DNA of 64,000 nucleotides, taken from a virus. Positions within the stretch are counted from its first letter, which is position 1, and every line of letters starts with the position of its first letter. Positions 39,468 to 48,977 of the stretch are shown piece after piece. The stretch covers positions 4,198 to 68,197 of the IMG/VR virus record IMGVR_UViG_3300009826_001423; one strand, 5' to 3'. Below the pieces are notes generated by a model. The model made no database searches and was not told where the DNA came from. It worked only from the letters and a program-made list of their open reading frames with translations. A program made the translations under genes and the position numbers.

Positions 39468-39527
39468 TTTCATACCGTGGATTAACTTTTCATAACTCGG
39501 ATTACCGTTTCATACCGTGGATAAACA
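39468..39527. repeat. Three tandem 20-bp repeats (candidate tubC centromere)
   Basis: TTTCATACCGTGGATTAACT / TTTCATAACTCGGATTACCG / TTTCATACCGTGGATAAACA, immediately upstream of the tubR-like gene. Confidence 0.7.
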
Positions 39528-39543
39528 TTGCAATGGTATCACC

Positions 39544-39825
39544 TCATTTCTCCAAAACTTTCTCAATGGCAACTTCTACTCTGTGAATGGTAGTTATGCC
39601 TACGCCCTTCATTTCTTTAAGAGCCGCTATTATTTGCTTTGTCAGATTTTCTGGGGCTTTGTTTGGCTCATTCTCCGAAGTTACTTTCCCAGCTTCCAGT
39701 CCACAGGCATATCGCTGCTCCATGTAATCTACGAGTTGTTGGTCAGTCAGCTTACGGAGTGACACCGCCTTTTCGTGGATTTGGCGTTCTTGCTCATTGC
39801 GTCTGCAATTTCGTTTTTTAGGCAT
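39544..39825 (-). CDS. Hypothetical protein
   Basis: KAVSLRKLTDQQL..., with a C-terminal KGVGITT HhH-like motif. Confidence 0.6.
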   Translation of the reverse strand: MPKKRNCRRNEQERQIHEKAVSLRKLTDQQLVDYMEQRYACGLEAGKVTSENEPNKAPENLTKQIIAALKEMKGVGITTIHRVEVAIEKVLEK

Positions 39826-40263
39826 TTACGCCACCCTTTCTGTCAGTAGTTCTGGGTTTTCATGAATATTTCCGATGATTACCGTTTCTTCTTGCAAAAA
39901 AGAATTTAGTTTAAACCCGGTAAACATATCAATCTGCAAATGTTCTGGTATAGAAACCACCCAGCCGTCATCGTCCCATTTCACAACACCGATATATTCC
40001 ATGCCTCGTTGCAAAATATCTCCATCAAAAACCCTTGTGCCGTGCTTATCTTTCGAACCTGTATATTGCATGACCAACATACTCCCCATGTAAAATTTCT
40101 TATTCATCATCGGGAAGAACAGCCCTGCTTTTGTGGTATCCTCGTCTGTTGTCATGAAACCGACATAGCCTTTATCAAAATATATCATTTTACCGCTGTT
40201 CCACGCCCTAAACTGCAATCTATCTTCGTCCATTTCAACCCTTCCTTCTATTTTTAAATTCAA
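39826..40263 (-). CDS. YopX family protein
   Basis: FRAW...MQYTGSKDKHG...FDGDI...IGNIHENPELL. Confidence 0.9.
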   Translation of the reverse strand: MNLKIEGRVEMDEDRLQFRAWNSGKMIYFDKGYVGFMTTDEDTTKAGLFFPMMNKKFYMGSMLVMQYTGSKDKHGTRVFDGDILQRGMEYIGVVKWDDDGWVVSIPEHLQIDMFTGFKLNSFLQEETVIIGNIHENPELLTERVA

Positions 40264-41236
40264 TATACTGTCGCTTGTATTCGTAAGAGTCTGCGAAGAT
40301 ATTCCTCGCTGCCTTTACAAGCTGTGGCTCGAAAGGTTCAGCTTTTTTCAAATCATCTTCAGCTTTGCTATTGAACGGACACCCTGCACAGCCAGTACGT
40401 TTCATGCCGTAAACTTCATAGCAGTCGGAGTAACGAATGTTGCGCCATTTCTTGTACGCTGCCTTATCTGCATCAGTCCAATATAGTAGAGGGTTGAATC
40501 TACTTGCATCGCTACTATCTCCAAGCGAGAAACACCCATTAACACTTACTGCTCGTCTTCCGCTCTCAGCTTTACGCATACCCATGACTACTAGGTCGAT
40601 GTTATGTTTTTTGATGTAGTCATCTGAGGTATACTTCTTTGCATAGTCACAGCATTTTGCTGATATTGTAAAAAATGGAGGTTTTAACATGATAAATTCG
40701 CGCAAAAGCCGATGTCGTCTGATTGTGTAAAATGGCTTTACGTTAGCGGGGTATCTATGAAACCACCACTTTAAGCCAGATTCGCACTTTCCATATTTTT
40801 CAGCAGTTGCTACTTCTGAAGCGTCTAACCAGTCAAAATTATGCATCTGAAGCATATTCATCATTTCACTAACTGCTTTGGTAAAAAATGGCACTCCATG
40901 CTCGTTGCAAGCCGTAACTATTGATTTTCTGGGCTTTTCACGGTCAATAGTTATACCAAGGTATTCCAAATGCCGCTTGGATGCTTCGTATTCAAGCCCA
41001 GTATCAAAAAATACAAATCTGACTTCTGGACTGCCCCACAAGTAAGGCTTCAGCAGTTCGTACAAATCTAAAATAGTATCGCTATCCGAGCCGCCAGATA
41101 TAGAAAATGCTATCCTCTGATGCCCACTTAGTACAGATACCGCTTTTTCTAAGGAGTGTGCCTTTTGTGAGCCGGGTTCTGCCTCAATGCATTTACATAT
41201 TTCCTGCATAACTTCCGTTATTGTTTTCACGGCCAA
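40235..41236 (-). CDS. PAPS-reductase-family protein
   Basis: SISGGSDSD, CCDYAKK, GMRKAES and RTGCAGCPF motifs. Confidence 0.88.
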   Translation of the reverse strand: MAVKTITEVMQEICKCIEAEPGSQKAHSLEKAVSVLSGHQRIAFSISGGSDSDTILDLYELLKPYLWGSPEVRFVFFDTGLEYEASKRHLEYLGITIDREKPRKSIVTACNEHGVPFFTKAVSEMMNMLQMHNFDWLDASEVATAEKYGKCESGLKWWFHRYPANVKPFYTIRRHRLLREFIMLKPPFFTISAKCCDYAKKYTSDDYIKKHNIDLVVMGMRKAESGRRAVSVNGCFSLGDSSDASRFNPLLYWTDADKAAYKKWRNIRYSDCYEVYGMKRTGCAGCPFNSKAEDDLKKAEPFEPQLVKAARNIFADSYEYKRQYIEFKNRRKG

Positions 41237-41243
41237 CTCCTTA

Positions 41244-42809
41244 CTAAATGGCTATTGTGCTTTTTAGTCCTGCCATAGTGCTTATTTTCAAGCCGCACAT
41301 CTCGGGCAAATTAGCCCTCACCAATGCTTCAGCGAACGGAGGCGGTACAGCATTTCCACATCTGGAAACCTGTGCGGCTTTGGTGATGGGTTTGCTGTTC
41401 AGTCCTTTATCTATTGTGTAATCTGGCGGAAAGCCTTGTGCATTGAATAACTCCCTTGGTGTAAGCATCCTCAAGCCGATGTCAACTATGGCATATTGCT
41501 CTCCGTGAATAGTCACCAGATCGAATCTATCCTGGGCAGTGATGGTATTAAGCGGCTCGACTATTCCTTGCGCATCGCCTTGACCATAATATTTAACCAA
41601 GAAAGCACGAACCTCCCCAAAGTGATTACCTCCGGCTGTTATAGTACGCATTGGCTCATCTAAGGCATTGCCCGTTTCTTTACCCTTCAGCTTTACGAGG
41701 CTTGATGTTACGATGGCATTATGGTCTATTGCTGTCACAGTATTAAGTGGCTCAGTTATGGCATTTCCACTTCCTTGATGACCACCACTGTAATATTTGG
41801 ACATGAAAGCCATTACCAAGCCGTAGCGGTTAGCTCCATCAGCCGTAAAGAGCGGTCGTTTTAGGCATTGCCCTCGTACTTCTTTGCCAGATTGCTCACC
41901 GTGATACTGGATAAGCGTTGGGGCAACAAGTCCGTATCCATTTACAGATGTGACTGTGTTTAGTGGCTCACCGCTTCGTTTTGGTGAATTTTCAAATTTG
42001 AAATCCACAATAAACGGCTCCGGGTTTTCAAATACGAATTTTTGTAATCCCTTTGCAATACGCTTAAGTGTTGATTCGGCAAGTGGCCGCACGGCTCGAA
42101 GGCCATACTTTTCCCATATTTCTTCCGCAGTATCGAAAATAGAGGGGCAGGGAAGCGTCCAGTTGATGATGTCGGCCGCAGTGCGCCAAGGCTTCAACTT
42201 CCCAGCCCTTACCGCCTCACTTGCCGGATCACCGTGGGTGGGCTTCGGCCATACAATGGGCTTCCCATCGCACCGGGCTATTAAGAAGAATCGTTTTCGG
42301 ATGGTGGGCGCGCCATAGTCACAGGCTCGTAACTCCCGGTAATCCACCTTATAGCCATATTTCTGAAGGGCATTTATAAAACTACTAAAGGTACGCCCTG
42401 CTTGCGCCTTTATGGGCTGACCGTCTTTAATCGGCCCCCAAGTCTTAAATTCTTCTACGTTTTCAAGAATAATTACCCGTGGGCGTACTGTTGCCGCCCA
42501 CCGAACAGCTATCCATGCAAGCCCACGAATATCTTTCTCAACAGGCTTACCACCTTTGGCTTTGGAAAAGTGTTTGCAATCCGGGGAGAACCATGCAATT
42601 GCTACAGGTCTACCATTCGTTACCTTGCGAGGCTCTACATCCCATACACTTTCACAATAATGCTTTGTGTAAGGGTGATTTACCATGTGCATGGCTATTG
42701 CGGCCTCATCATGATTTATTGCAATGTCAACAGGTCGGCCAGTTGCTAATTCAATTCCTGTGCTTGCACCGCCGCCTCCAGCGAAATTGTCAATTATAAG
42801 TTCGTGCAT
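41244..42809 (-). CDS. DNA (cytosine-5) methyltransferase, second
   Basis: FAGGGG, SPDCKHFS, ENVEEF, YGAPTIRKR and GNAVPP motifs. Confidence 0.93.
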   Translation of the reverse strand: MHELIIDNFAGGGGASTGIELATGRPVDIAINHDEAAIAMHMVNHPYTKHYCESVWDVEPRKVTNGRPVAIAWFSPDCKHFSKAKGGKPVEKDIRGLAWIAVRWAATVRPRVIILENVEEFKTWGPIKDGQPIKAQAGRTFSSFINALQKYGYKVDYRELRACDYGAPTIRKRFFLIARCDGKPIVWPKPTHGDPASEAVRAGKLKPWRTAADIINWTLPCPSIFDTAEEIWEKYGLRAVRPLAESTLKRIAKGLQKFVFENPEPFIVDFKFENSPKRSGEPLNTVTSVNGYGLVAPTLIQYHGEQSGKEVRGQCLKRPLFTADGANRYGLVMAFMSKYYSGGHQGSGNAITEPLNTVTAIDHNAIVTSSLVKLKGKETGNALDEPMRTITAGGNHFGEVRAFLVKYYGQGDAQGIVEPLNTITAQDRFDLVTIHGEQYAIVDIGLRMLTPRELFNAQGFPPDYTIDKGLNSKPITKAAQVSRCGNAVPPPFAEALVRANLPEMCGLKISTMAGLKSTIAI

Positions 42810-42821
42810 TGGTTAAACCCC

Positions 42822-43700
42822 TTATGTGCTGAAATCCATAAAATGCGTACCGCTTTTCATATGTCTCTTTATAGCTGCCGGCCGCATCCACGACCGGGCA
42901 AATGCCTCCCATACCTCGTCATATTTATCTTTGGTATCGGCAAAGCCTCGATATAGCATTGCAAAGGGCATAGCCCCAGCGTTATAAACCTCATGTAGCC
43001 GCACCTTGTTCTTTTTCATGTCATCACCGATTAGTACGTAGCACTTAATCTTCTCCCTATTGAATCCAACCGCAGTCAACTTTGCGGCTGCTTGTTTGAG
43101 TTTGGGGAGAGCATCGTCAGTATCGCAAGCCAGCCAGAGTTCGGATATTCTGCTGTGTTTTTTTGTGCCTCTTGTGTAATAAAGGCTTCGCAGTGTTTCG
43201 CAAAAGTAATCATCTATCAGTTCAGCCGATAGGCCACCCTTGAAGCAAATACCCTTTTGGGTGCGGAGCATATCGAAAACCTTGTCTTTATGCGCTCGGC
43301 TGGCTTGCAAAAAATTATTGTCTTGAATTATGTTGCCTTGGTGGATTGTAATTTCCCGAAGCCGTCCTTCAACAAGCGGAACTCTGCACCATGGGCATTG
43401 ATTGTTACATCCTCTGGTCGTATAAGTGATACCAGCCTTGATATACATGCCGGGTATAAACTCATCTGCTTGAGAGCCATAAGCTGGGCCGCCAAGTTTA
43501 ACAGGTCTGTTTGTCTGCCCTTCCCAGTGGTAAGCAAGATGTTCACACAGCTTCTTATCCCACGTAAATGTGCAGGATATATGAACTTCTCTGTGTTCGG
43601 GAATTCGGTGATGTTCTGATGGTTCACCAATGAAGGCCATGTCATCATCGGGTGTAAATTCCGTATGCCGCCGAGGGAAAACTCTGATTATGCCATTCAC
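42822..43700 (-). CDS. Radical SAM protein
   Basis: TRGCNNQCPWC (CxxxCxxC); start probably the GTG at 43700. Confidence 0.8.
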   Translation of the reverse strand: MNGIIRVFPRRHTEFTPDDDMAFIGEPSEHHRIPEHREVHISCTFTWDKKLCEHLAYHWEGQTNRPVKLGGPAYGSQADEFIPGMYIKAGITYTTRGCNNQCPWCRVPLVEGRLREITIHQGNIIQDNNFLQASRAHKDKVFDMLRTQKGICFKGGLSAELIDDYFCETLRSLYYTRGTKKHSRISELWLACDTDDALPKLKQAAAKLTAVGFNREKIKCYVLIGDDMKKNKVRLHEVYNAGAMPFAMLYRGFADTKDKYDEVWEAFARSWMRPAAIKRHMKSGTHFMDFST

Positions 43701-43701
43701 G

Positions 43702-44151
43702 CTACATAATCTCCCGGAAGTCGATGTATGGATTTTGATACTCAAACAGATTACGCTTGACGATGTATGCTTTGTTTTTGGCTGTAGCTGGAGATTTGAC
43801 ATCCTCTACGACCTTGATGTAATACTGCTTCCCATCGCTCCCAAAGTATGCATTTATATTTAGGTCTAGCTTATCAATGTCATGCACCATTTCTTCGTAT
43901 TGGAAATCAGCGGAGTAACTAACTGCCCTGCGCTTTTTGGTTTTCGGAACCAAGATGAACTTGGGTTGTAGTTTTAAGTTTTTGATTTCTCCCGCCTTTT
44001 CCAATAGCTTTAATTCTTGATATCGCCGGGCTTCTGCTTGGCTATCGAAAGTTATGCCGTTCACCTTTGTTTTTATGTTGCGGTATTTGCTCTGCTTAAG
44101 AGTCGATTGTTCAGCTTTAAGCCGTCGATATTCGTCTTGGGATATTCTCAA
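43702..44151 (-). CDS. DUF1064 family (PD-(D/E)XK-like endonuclease)
   Basis: SKYRNIKT...FDSQAEA...LQPKF...YSADF...VEDVKS. Confidence 0.88.
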   Translation of the reverse strand: MRISQDEYRRLKAEQSTLKQSKYRNIKTKVNGITFDSQAEARRYQELKLLEKAGEIKNLKLQPKFILVPKTKKRRAVSYSADFQYEEMVHDIDKLDLNINAYFGSDGKQYYIKVVEDVKSPATAKNKAYIVKRNLFEYQNPYIDFREIM

Positions 44152-44190
44152 TGTAACAACCCCTTACCATAGATTTTGCATCATCTGCAA

Positions 44191-45600
44191 TTATGCGTTT
44201 TCGGTATATATGGAATGTGTACCGTCAATTAGCATCTCTTCCTGTTCGCTAGTTGTGTAGCCGATGGCCTTGAGGTAGTCATATATCAGAGTGAGAGATT
44301 CACTGGGTTTATATTTTCCGATATTGTCTAAGCAAGACACATTCCCTGGCTCCATGCGGCTATAAGCACCTTTGAATATAAAGGTTCCGCTGGTTTTAGT
44401 GTCATGGTGTGAATCAAGAATTCTGTTGATGGCCTCGTCTCTGGTTTCACCATCGCCTTTATCCCAGCTTTGACGAAACTTTTTATCAATACCAAACATG
44501 GCTCGGATTGTATCTTCGCTGGAATGCATTGTGCTGAAAAGTGCAATGGTAGCCATTTTATTAACCGCTTCGGAGGTTTCTGCCGTGGCGTTGAACTTTT
44601 TGGCAAAGGTTAGCCGCATTTCATATGCTTGCTTAAACATCCCCTTGATTCGAGATATATGGGCTTCTTTTTCTGCCTGTTCTTGCGCTTTTCGTTCTTC
44701 AGCTTCGGAGTTGGATGCAGGCTCATCCCTTTTTGTATATATAGTGATTCCGCTGAAGCCTTGCTCTACGGTATAAAACAATTCATTGCCAGCAAGTTCA
44801 CCATCTGGCTTTTCGGCTTCACTTGCCAGATTTTGTACAGCTTCCAAATCCCCCTGGTCGTATCGGTAATAATTCCAATATTGGGCTTTCAGTGATTTGT
44901 GGTATTCTTCCGGCGTTGCTTCTGTGGCAAATCCCGCTATGATACGGGCGAGTTGCATTTTTCTGCCTTCTTTTTCTTGGGCATCCAAGGCCGCCTTTAA
45001 AGCCCAATCAAATTCCCGTGTGCCGATTACGTCAAAGACCTCTGCTTGCTTTTCGGGGTTCTCGACCTTATAAACCTTCTCGTAATCGGCAAGGTCTATG
45101 GGTCTGTCTTGTACACGTTCAATGGCTTCTTTGCCGAAGGTTTTAACAATTTTCACCCTGCGGCGTACAGTGGTTTCCGAAAGTCCTGTTTTTTCGCTGA
45201 CCTCTTTGATACTATCTCCCCAATCAAGCATTAGCTGTATCCCTTGGGCTTCTTCAAGCAAAGTGAGTTCTTTTCTTTGCATGTTTTCCGAAAGCATAAC
45301 GGCAAGTTGGTCTTTGACATCCATGTCAGTTGCAATTAAGCATGGTACTTCTGTCAGTCCTGCCATTTTTGCGGCCGCACTGCGGCGGTGACCTATAACC
45401 ACCGTGTAATCGCCGGTGTAGGCTTTTTTACCAGTGATTTTGCGCTGATATAATTCCATGTCAGCGGGAACTACCGTGAGATTTTGCTGAATCCCTCTTG
45501 TTTTGATACTCTCGGCAAGTTCGGTTAAATCACCCAAACTTCCCCGCGGATTATTTGGGTGTGGATGTAGCCTACTAAGTTCAATGTTCGGCAATTGCAT
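44191..45600 (-). CDS. ParB/Spo0J-family protein
   Basis: HPHPNNPR, GIQQNLTV, GHRRSAAA, ENMQRKEL and HTH motifs. Confidence 0.9.
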   Translation of the reverse strand: MQLPNIELSRLHPHPNNPRGSLGDLTELAESIKTRGIQQNLTVVPADMELYQRKITGKKAYTGDYTVVIGHRRSAAAKMAGLTEVPCLIATDMDVKDQLAVMLSENMQRKELTLLEEAQGIQLMLDWGDSIKEVSEKTGLSETTVRRRVKIVKTFGKEAIERVQDRPIDLADYEKVYKVENPEKQAEVFDVIGTREFDWALKAALDAQEKEGRKMQLARIIAGFATEATPEEYHKSLKAQYWNYYRYDQGDLEAVQNLASEAEKPDGELAGNELFYTVEQGFSGITIYTKRDEPASNSEAEERKAQEQAEKEAHISRIKGMFKQAYEMRLTFAKKFNATAETSEAVNKMATIALFSTMHSSEDTIRAMFGIDKKFRQSWDKGDGETRDEAINRILDSHHDTKTSGTFIFKGAYSRMEPGNVSCLDNIGKYKPSESLTLIYDYLKAIGYTTSEQEEMLIDGTHSIYTENA

Positions 45601-45662
45601 ATTTTCCTCCTGTGTTCGGCTTCATGAGCCTTTATTATTAAACCGTCTTCGGTGAAAGACCT

Positions 45663-46292
45663 TTATTGCGCCGATGCGCTTTGATTGAAACTGAGCAGTG
45701 TAAGTTGCCGTGGTGGTTGCCCCCAAGAAAAACCGTCATCAAGAATATTCCAGAGCATCGCATCCGTTTCTGCCCAATTCTGCCCCAAAGTGGTAACCAT
45801 ATCAGTCCAATCTTCTATGTCATGGTTATGCAAATCGCCCAGCGATCCAATATGTCTAAGTTCATGATAGAAAAGTGCAATCCGCTGTTCGAAGGATTTT
45901 CTTTCAAAAAGATGCTGACGAATCTCGAATACATACCAATAGCCCCATATCTTTGTAAGTTCCTTTGCGGCTTTTTTAACTTGGCATACCCAAGGGTTAC
46001 CCGTTGGTGGTTTGTTTTCGTAGGAAACATGGTCTTCTATAAAAAGAATCCGCCTCACATCTATGTGTTCTAATTCTTCAAATTTAGCAATCAGCTTTTT
46101 GGCAAGCGGAGCATACTCATAATTTTTTATCCAATGACGTGGACTGTATTTTCCATTGTCGATTTGTCCACGAAGATGCAAGCTACCGTTATCCGTGTGC
46201 TTTGTATATTGCAGGGCATAGCCGCCTTCTACGCATTCGTCAAATTCAACTTCTCTGGTATGTTCATCTTGGATAATAATTCGTTTTCCCAT
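45663..46292 (-). CDS. Putative phage metallopeptidase
   Basis: LFYHELRH (HExxH) followed by HDIEDW. Confidence 0.75.
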   Translation of the reverse strand: MGKRIIIQDEHTREVEFDECVEGGYALQYTKHTDNGSLHLRGQIDNGKYSPRHWIKNYEYAPLAKKLIAKFEELEHIDVRRILFIEDHVSYENKPPTGNPWVCQVKKAAKELTKIWGYWYVFEIRQHLFERKSFEQRIALFYHELRHIGSLGDLHNHDIEDWTDMVTTLGQNWAETDAMLWNILDDGFSWGQPPRQLTLLSFNQSASAQ

Positions 46293-46298
46293 AGCCTA

Positions 46299-47279
46299 TC
46301 ATCCTCCCGTCAGTCCTAGCTCCGCATATAAAGCGGCTTTGTTCTGTTCACCTTTTTGAGTTCTCCAACTTTGCCCTGTGACCTCGAAAAATGTACACAT
46401 TTCCACAAGGCGATTATAGATTCGGTTAGATGGGTCGGTTAGCCTTGTTTTTGAATCAACGATGGAGAGGTTATCACGAATTTCATCTATCTTTTTACCC
46501 TTGCCATCTTCGCCAATTCGTAAATTTGTGGTGATTATGGTGGGCTTGTTTGCACGGTATCTAGTGTCGATGATGGCATAGAGTTTTTCGTAAGCCCAAT
46601 TTGTTTTATACTCAACACCAAGGTCATCAAGTATTAGCAGACTGGCTTCCCCGATGGTATTAAATACATCAGTTTCTCCCATATCTCCATGCTGGTCATA
46701 ACTGTCCTTAATAACCGCAAGAATGCGAGATACGGATATAGCCATGACTGCTTTCCCCTGCTTGTAAAGTTCATTGGCGATAGCAAAGCTGAAGTATGTT
46801 TTGCCGTTGCCAGCTTCGCCGTGGAGAAGGAGACCACGATTATTAGCAAAAACCGTTTCCCAACTGGCACAGTATCGTTTGCCAAAATCAAGTAAGTTTT
46901 GGTTGTCTGGCCTATGCTTCCAATTTTCAAAAGTGGAAGTAGCAAATCGCTCGTCCATTAGCGAATAGGCTCTGAACTTATCCAACCTGCGACGCAGGTT
47001 TTTTTCTTTTTCAGCTTCTTCTTCCCGACGCAATTCATCACTTCGACATCTGCATATAACTGGTACTCGCCGCTTTGCATCAAGTATCATGATATCTTTT
47101 CTGAGTGGATCACCACAGGTTTTGCAATGGGGCAGAGGTTGGCTGAAATCTCCCGAAGCATCGCTTGCGATTACTTGGAAAATTGATACTTCATGCTCGG
47201 TATCAGAGTTTCCCCGATGTAATATTTCTGTATGGGTCATCCTCTCCTCCGATTTGATAATTTGCGCCATTGTTTGCAT
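46299..47279 (-). CDS. DnaC/IstB-like helicase loader ATPase
   Basis: Zn-binding Cys residues; GEAGNGKT; LILDDLG; IITTN. Confidence 0.92.
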   Translation of the reverse strand: MQTMAQIIKSEERMTHTEILHRGNSDTEHEVSIFQVIASDASGDFSQPLPHCKTCGDPLRKDIMILDAKRRVPVICRCRSDELRREEEAEKEKNLRRRLDKFRAYSLMDERFATSTFENWKHRPDNQNLLDFGKRYCASWETVFANNRGLLLHGEAGNGKTYFSFAIANELYKQGKAVMAISVSRILAVIKDSYDQHGDMGETDVFNTIGEASLLILDDLGVEYKTNWAYEKLYAIIDTRYRANKPTIITTNLRIGEDGKGKKIDEIRDNLSIVDSKTRLTDPSNRIYNRLVEMCTFFEVTGQSWRTQKGEQNKAALYAELGLTGG

Positions 47280-48135
47280 TTGGTTTTTCTCCTCCGCCTA
47301 ATCTCGTTTTTGAGGCATTTCTATTGGCTTCGTGTATTTCGTGTTCCGCTAAAGTCTTGATGTTATTGCAAATGCAATTATTGACTATGCTTCTGGCATA
47401 CGGCCAATTGCGCTTGTTCATGTCGATGCTGACATCAATGGCTTTGCAGATGAGTTCGCCTTCAACTCCCTCGTTCAAAAATTCCGCAATTTCCATATAG
47501 GCAGTCGGGCTAAGTAAATTCCCCATGTGTTGTTGATAATATTTTTGTATGTGCTGGATTACGTTGCCATGCTGGTCAATTGCGGCCTTGACGTTAATGA
47601 GGCTGTTTTGTGGTTGTTCTTGCGGTCGTTTATCGTCCTCAATTATCGTGTGGTCTGCGTTGTGGTCGGGCTTGTGGTCGTTTAACGGCTGATTAGTATT
47701 ACTAACAACATCAACGATAATATCTTCAGTAGTTATACTGTCGTTGTTGTTAATAATGGGTCGGGGTTGCGGTTGGTATTGCGGTCGGGCTTGTGGTTGC
47801 TCTTGTGGTCGGGCTTGCAGTCGTTTAACGTCTGCAAGTTCAAATGAAATAATTTTATAGATAGGGGCTTGGTTGCCCTTTCTTTTTATCCACTCAATTC
47901 GTCCAGCTTGAACAAGCATGTTCCTGGCATCTTTCAATGCCGTGCTTTGAAGTCCAGATTTGCCCATAAGGACTGACTGTGCGACGGTAATCTGGTCTGG
48001 GTATCCTGCCCTTCGCCATGTGTCCATTAAGGCAAGCCATAATGCGATAGCCGATGTACCCAAGTTAGGATTAGTTTCACGCCAGTCGAAAAATCGTGCG
48101 ACTTCTATTTCAAGATTGGGTTTCCAATAGTCCAA
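47203..48135 (-). CDS. Replication initiator with C-terminal DnaD domain
   Basis: SAIALWLAL...wHTH; NWPYARSIVNN; overlaps the loader gene. Confidence 0.85.
   Translation of the reverse strand: MDYWKPNLEIEVARFFDWRETNPNLGTSAIALWLALMDTWRRAGYPDQITVAQSVLMGKSGLQSTALKDARNMLVQAGRIEWIKRKGNQAPIYKIISFELADVKRLQARPQEQPQARPQYQPQPRPIINNNDSITTEDIIVDVVSNTNQPLNDHKPDHNADHTIIEDDKRPQEQPQNSLINVKAAIDQHGNVIQHIQKYYQQHMGNLLSPTAYMEIAEFLNEGVEGELICKAIDVSIDMNKRNWPYARSIVNNCICNNIKTLAEHEIHEANRNASKTRLGGGEKPNANNGANYQIGGEDDPYRNITSGKL
47608..47826. repeat. About ten 12-bp iterons (TTGYGGTYG core) inside the initiator gene; candidate origin
   Basis: Clusters at 47608..47631, 47648..47683 and 47767..47826; the last two flank an AT-rich segment. 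Confidence 0.6.
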
Positions 48136-48198
48136 TCAATCACCACCATTACATTTATTTAACACCTTCTCCATATAGGTCTGCCTGAGTTCCCGCTG

Positions 48199-48231
48199 AC
48201 ATTAATCACTCAATAGGGCTTTATTAGCAAG
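48199..48231 (-). promoter_or_regulatory. Bipartite promoter-like motif, copy 3, upstream of the initiator
   Basis: Same motif as copies 1 and 2. Confidence 0.6.
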
Positions 48232-48320
48232 TTAATAATAGCGTGTATACTGCACAATCTTTTTAAGGTAGAGTCCTATGTTCTTGGTGCAATAGCCGTG
48301 ATTTAAGCGCGGCCTTGACC

Positions 48321-48956
48321 TCATTCGTTGAAAATAATGCCGTATACATGATGCTTATTTGCGAAGGTATCACGCCCGATTTGATGGGCTTCGTCATGGT
48401 GAATTCTGCAAAGGCATATTTTGCGGTGGTCGCTGTCATCGTAAGTTTCACGGTTACGCCCCATGCCAATTACATCCCAGTGGTGGACTTCTCCATCAAT
48501 GCCGCAGATAATACATTTCTTACGTTTCAACGATGAGTAGATTGCGGCGTTAATATCATCTGTGCGGTTAAGCATGGTGTCCATCAACGGTATATCAAAT
48601 TCAAGGGCAAAATCTAAAAGATGGCTTATAAACCGCCGAGCGGTGCTTATGCTACAATCGCTGAATGAAAAGAAATCTTCCCCTGTTGCCCCCATGAAGT
48701 GGTATTTCATAATGTCCTTCAAAGGCTCTGGCATATAGCCCGTATGGGCAGCTATATCCGCAAGAGTGGCGTATGCCTTTTTGCGTTGCTCTGCGGTTAT
48801 ATGCCGCCCATCGTCTATTCTTATCTCGCCCTTTAAAGCGCCGTTTACCGTCAGCTTCTTTAGTGTGTCAGTTAGGCTCTCACGGGGCAAAAGCACTGTG
48901 AGATATGTTCCTTCGGGGGCTTCTCTATTCACTTTTGCAATTATTTCTCTGTGCAT
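48321..48956 (-). CDS. Putative HNH nuclease (HNHc-like)
   Basis: CIICG...HH...GMGR...LCRIHHDEAH. Confidence 0.8.
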   Translation of the reverse strand: MHREIIAKVNREAPEGTYLTVLLPRESLTDTLKKLTVNGALKGEIRIDDGRHITAEQRKKAYATLADIAAHTGYMPEPLKDIMKYHFMGATGEDFFSFSDCSISTARRFISHLLDFALEFDIPLMDTMLNRTDDINAAIYSSLKRKKCIICGIDGEVHHWDVIGMGRNRETYDDSDHRKICLCRIHHDEAHQIGRDTFANKHHVYGIIFNE

Positions 48957-48977
48957 AGGTCACTCCCCATCGTCAAT

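Noticed and set aside
39468-39527. CRISPR array
   Set aside because: The repeats are directly tandem with no unique spacers, and there are no cas genes
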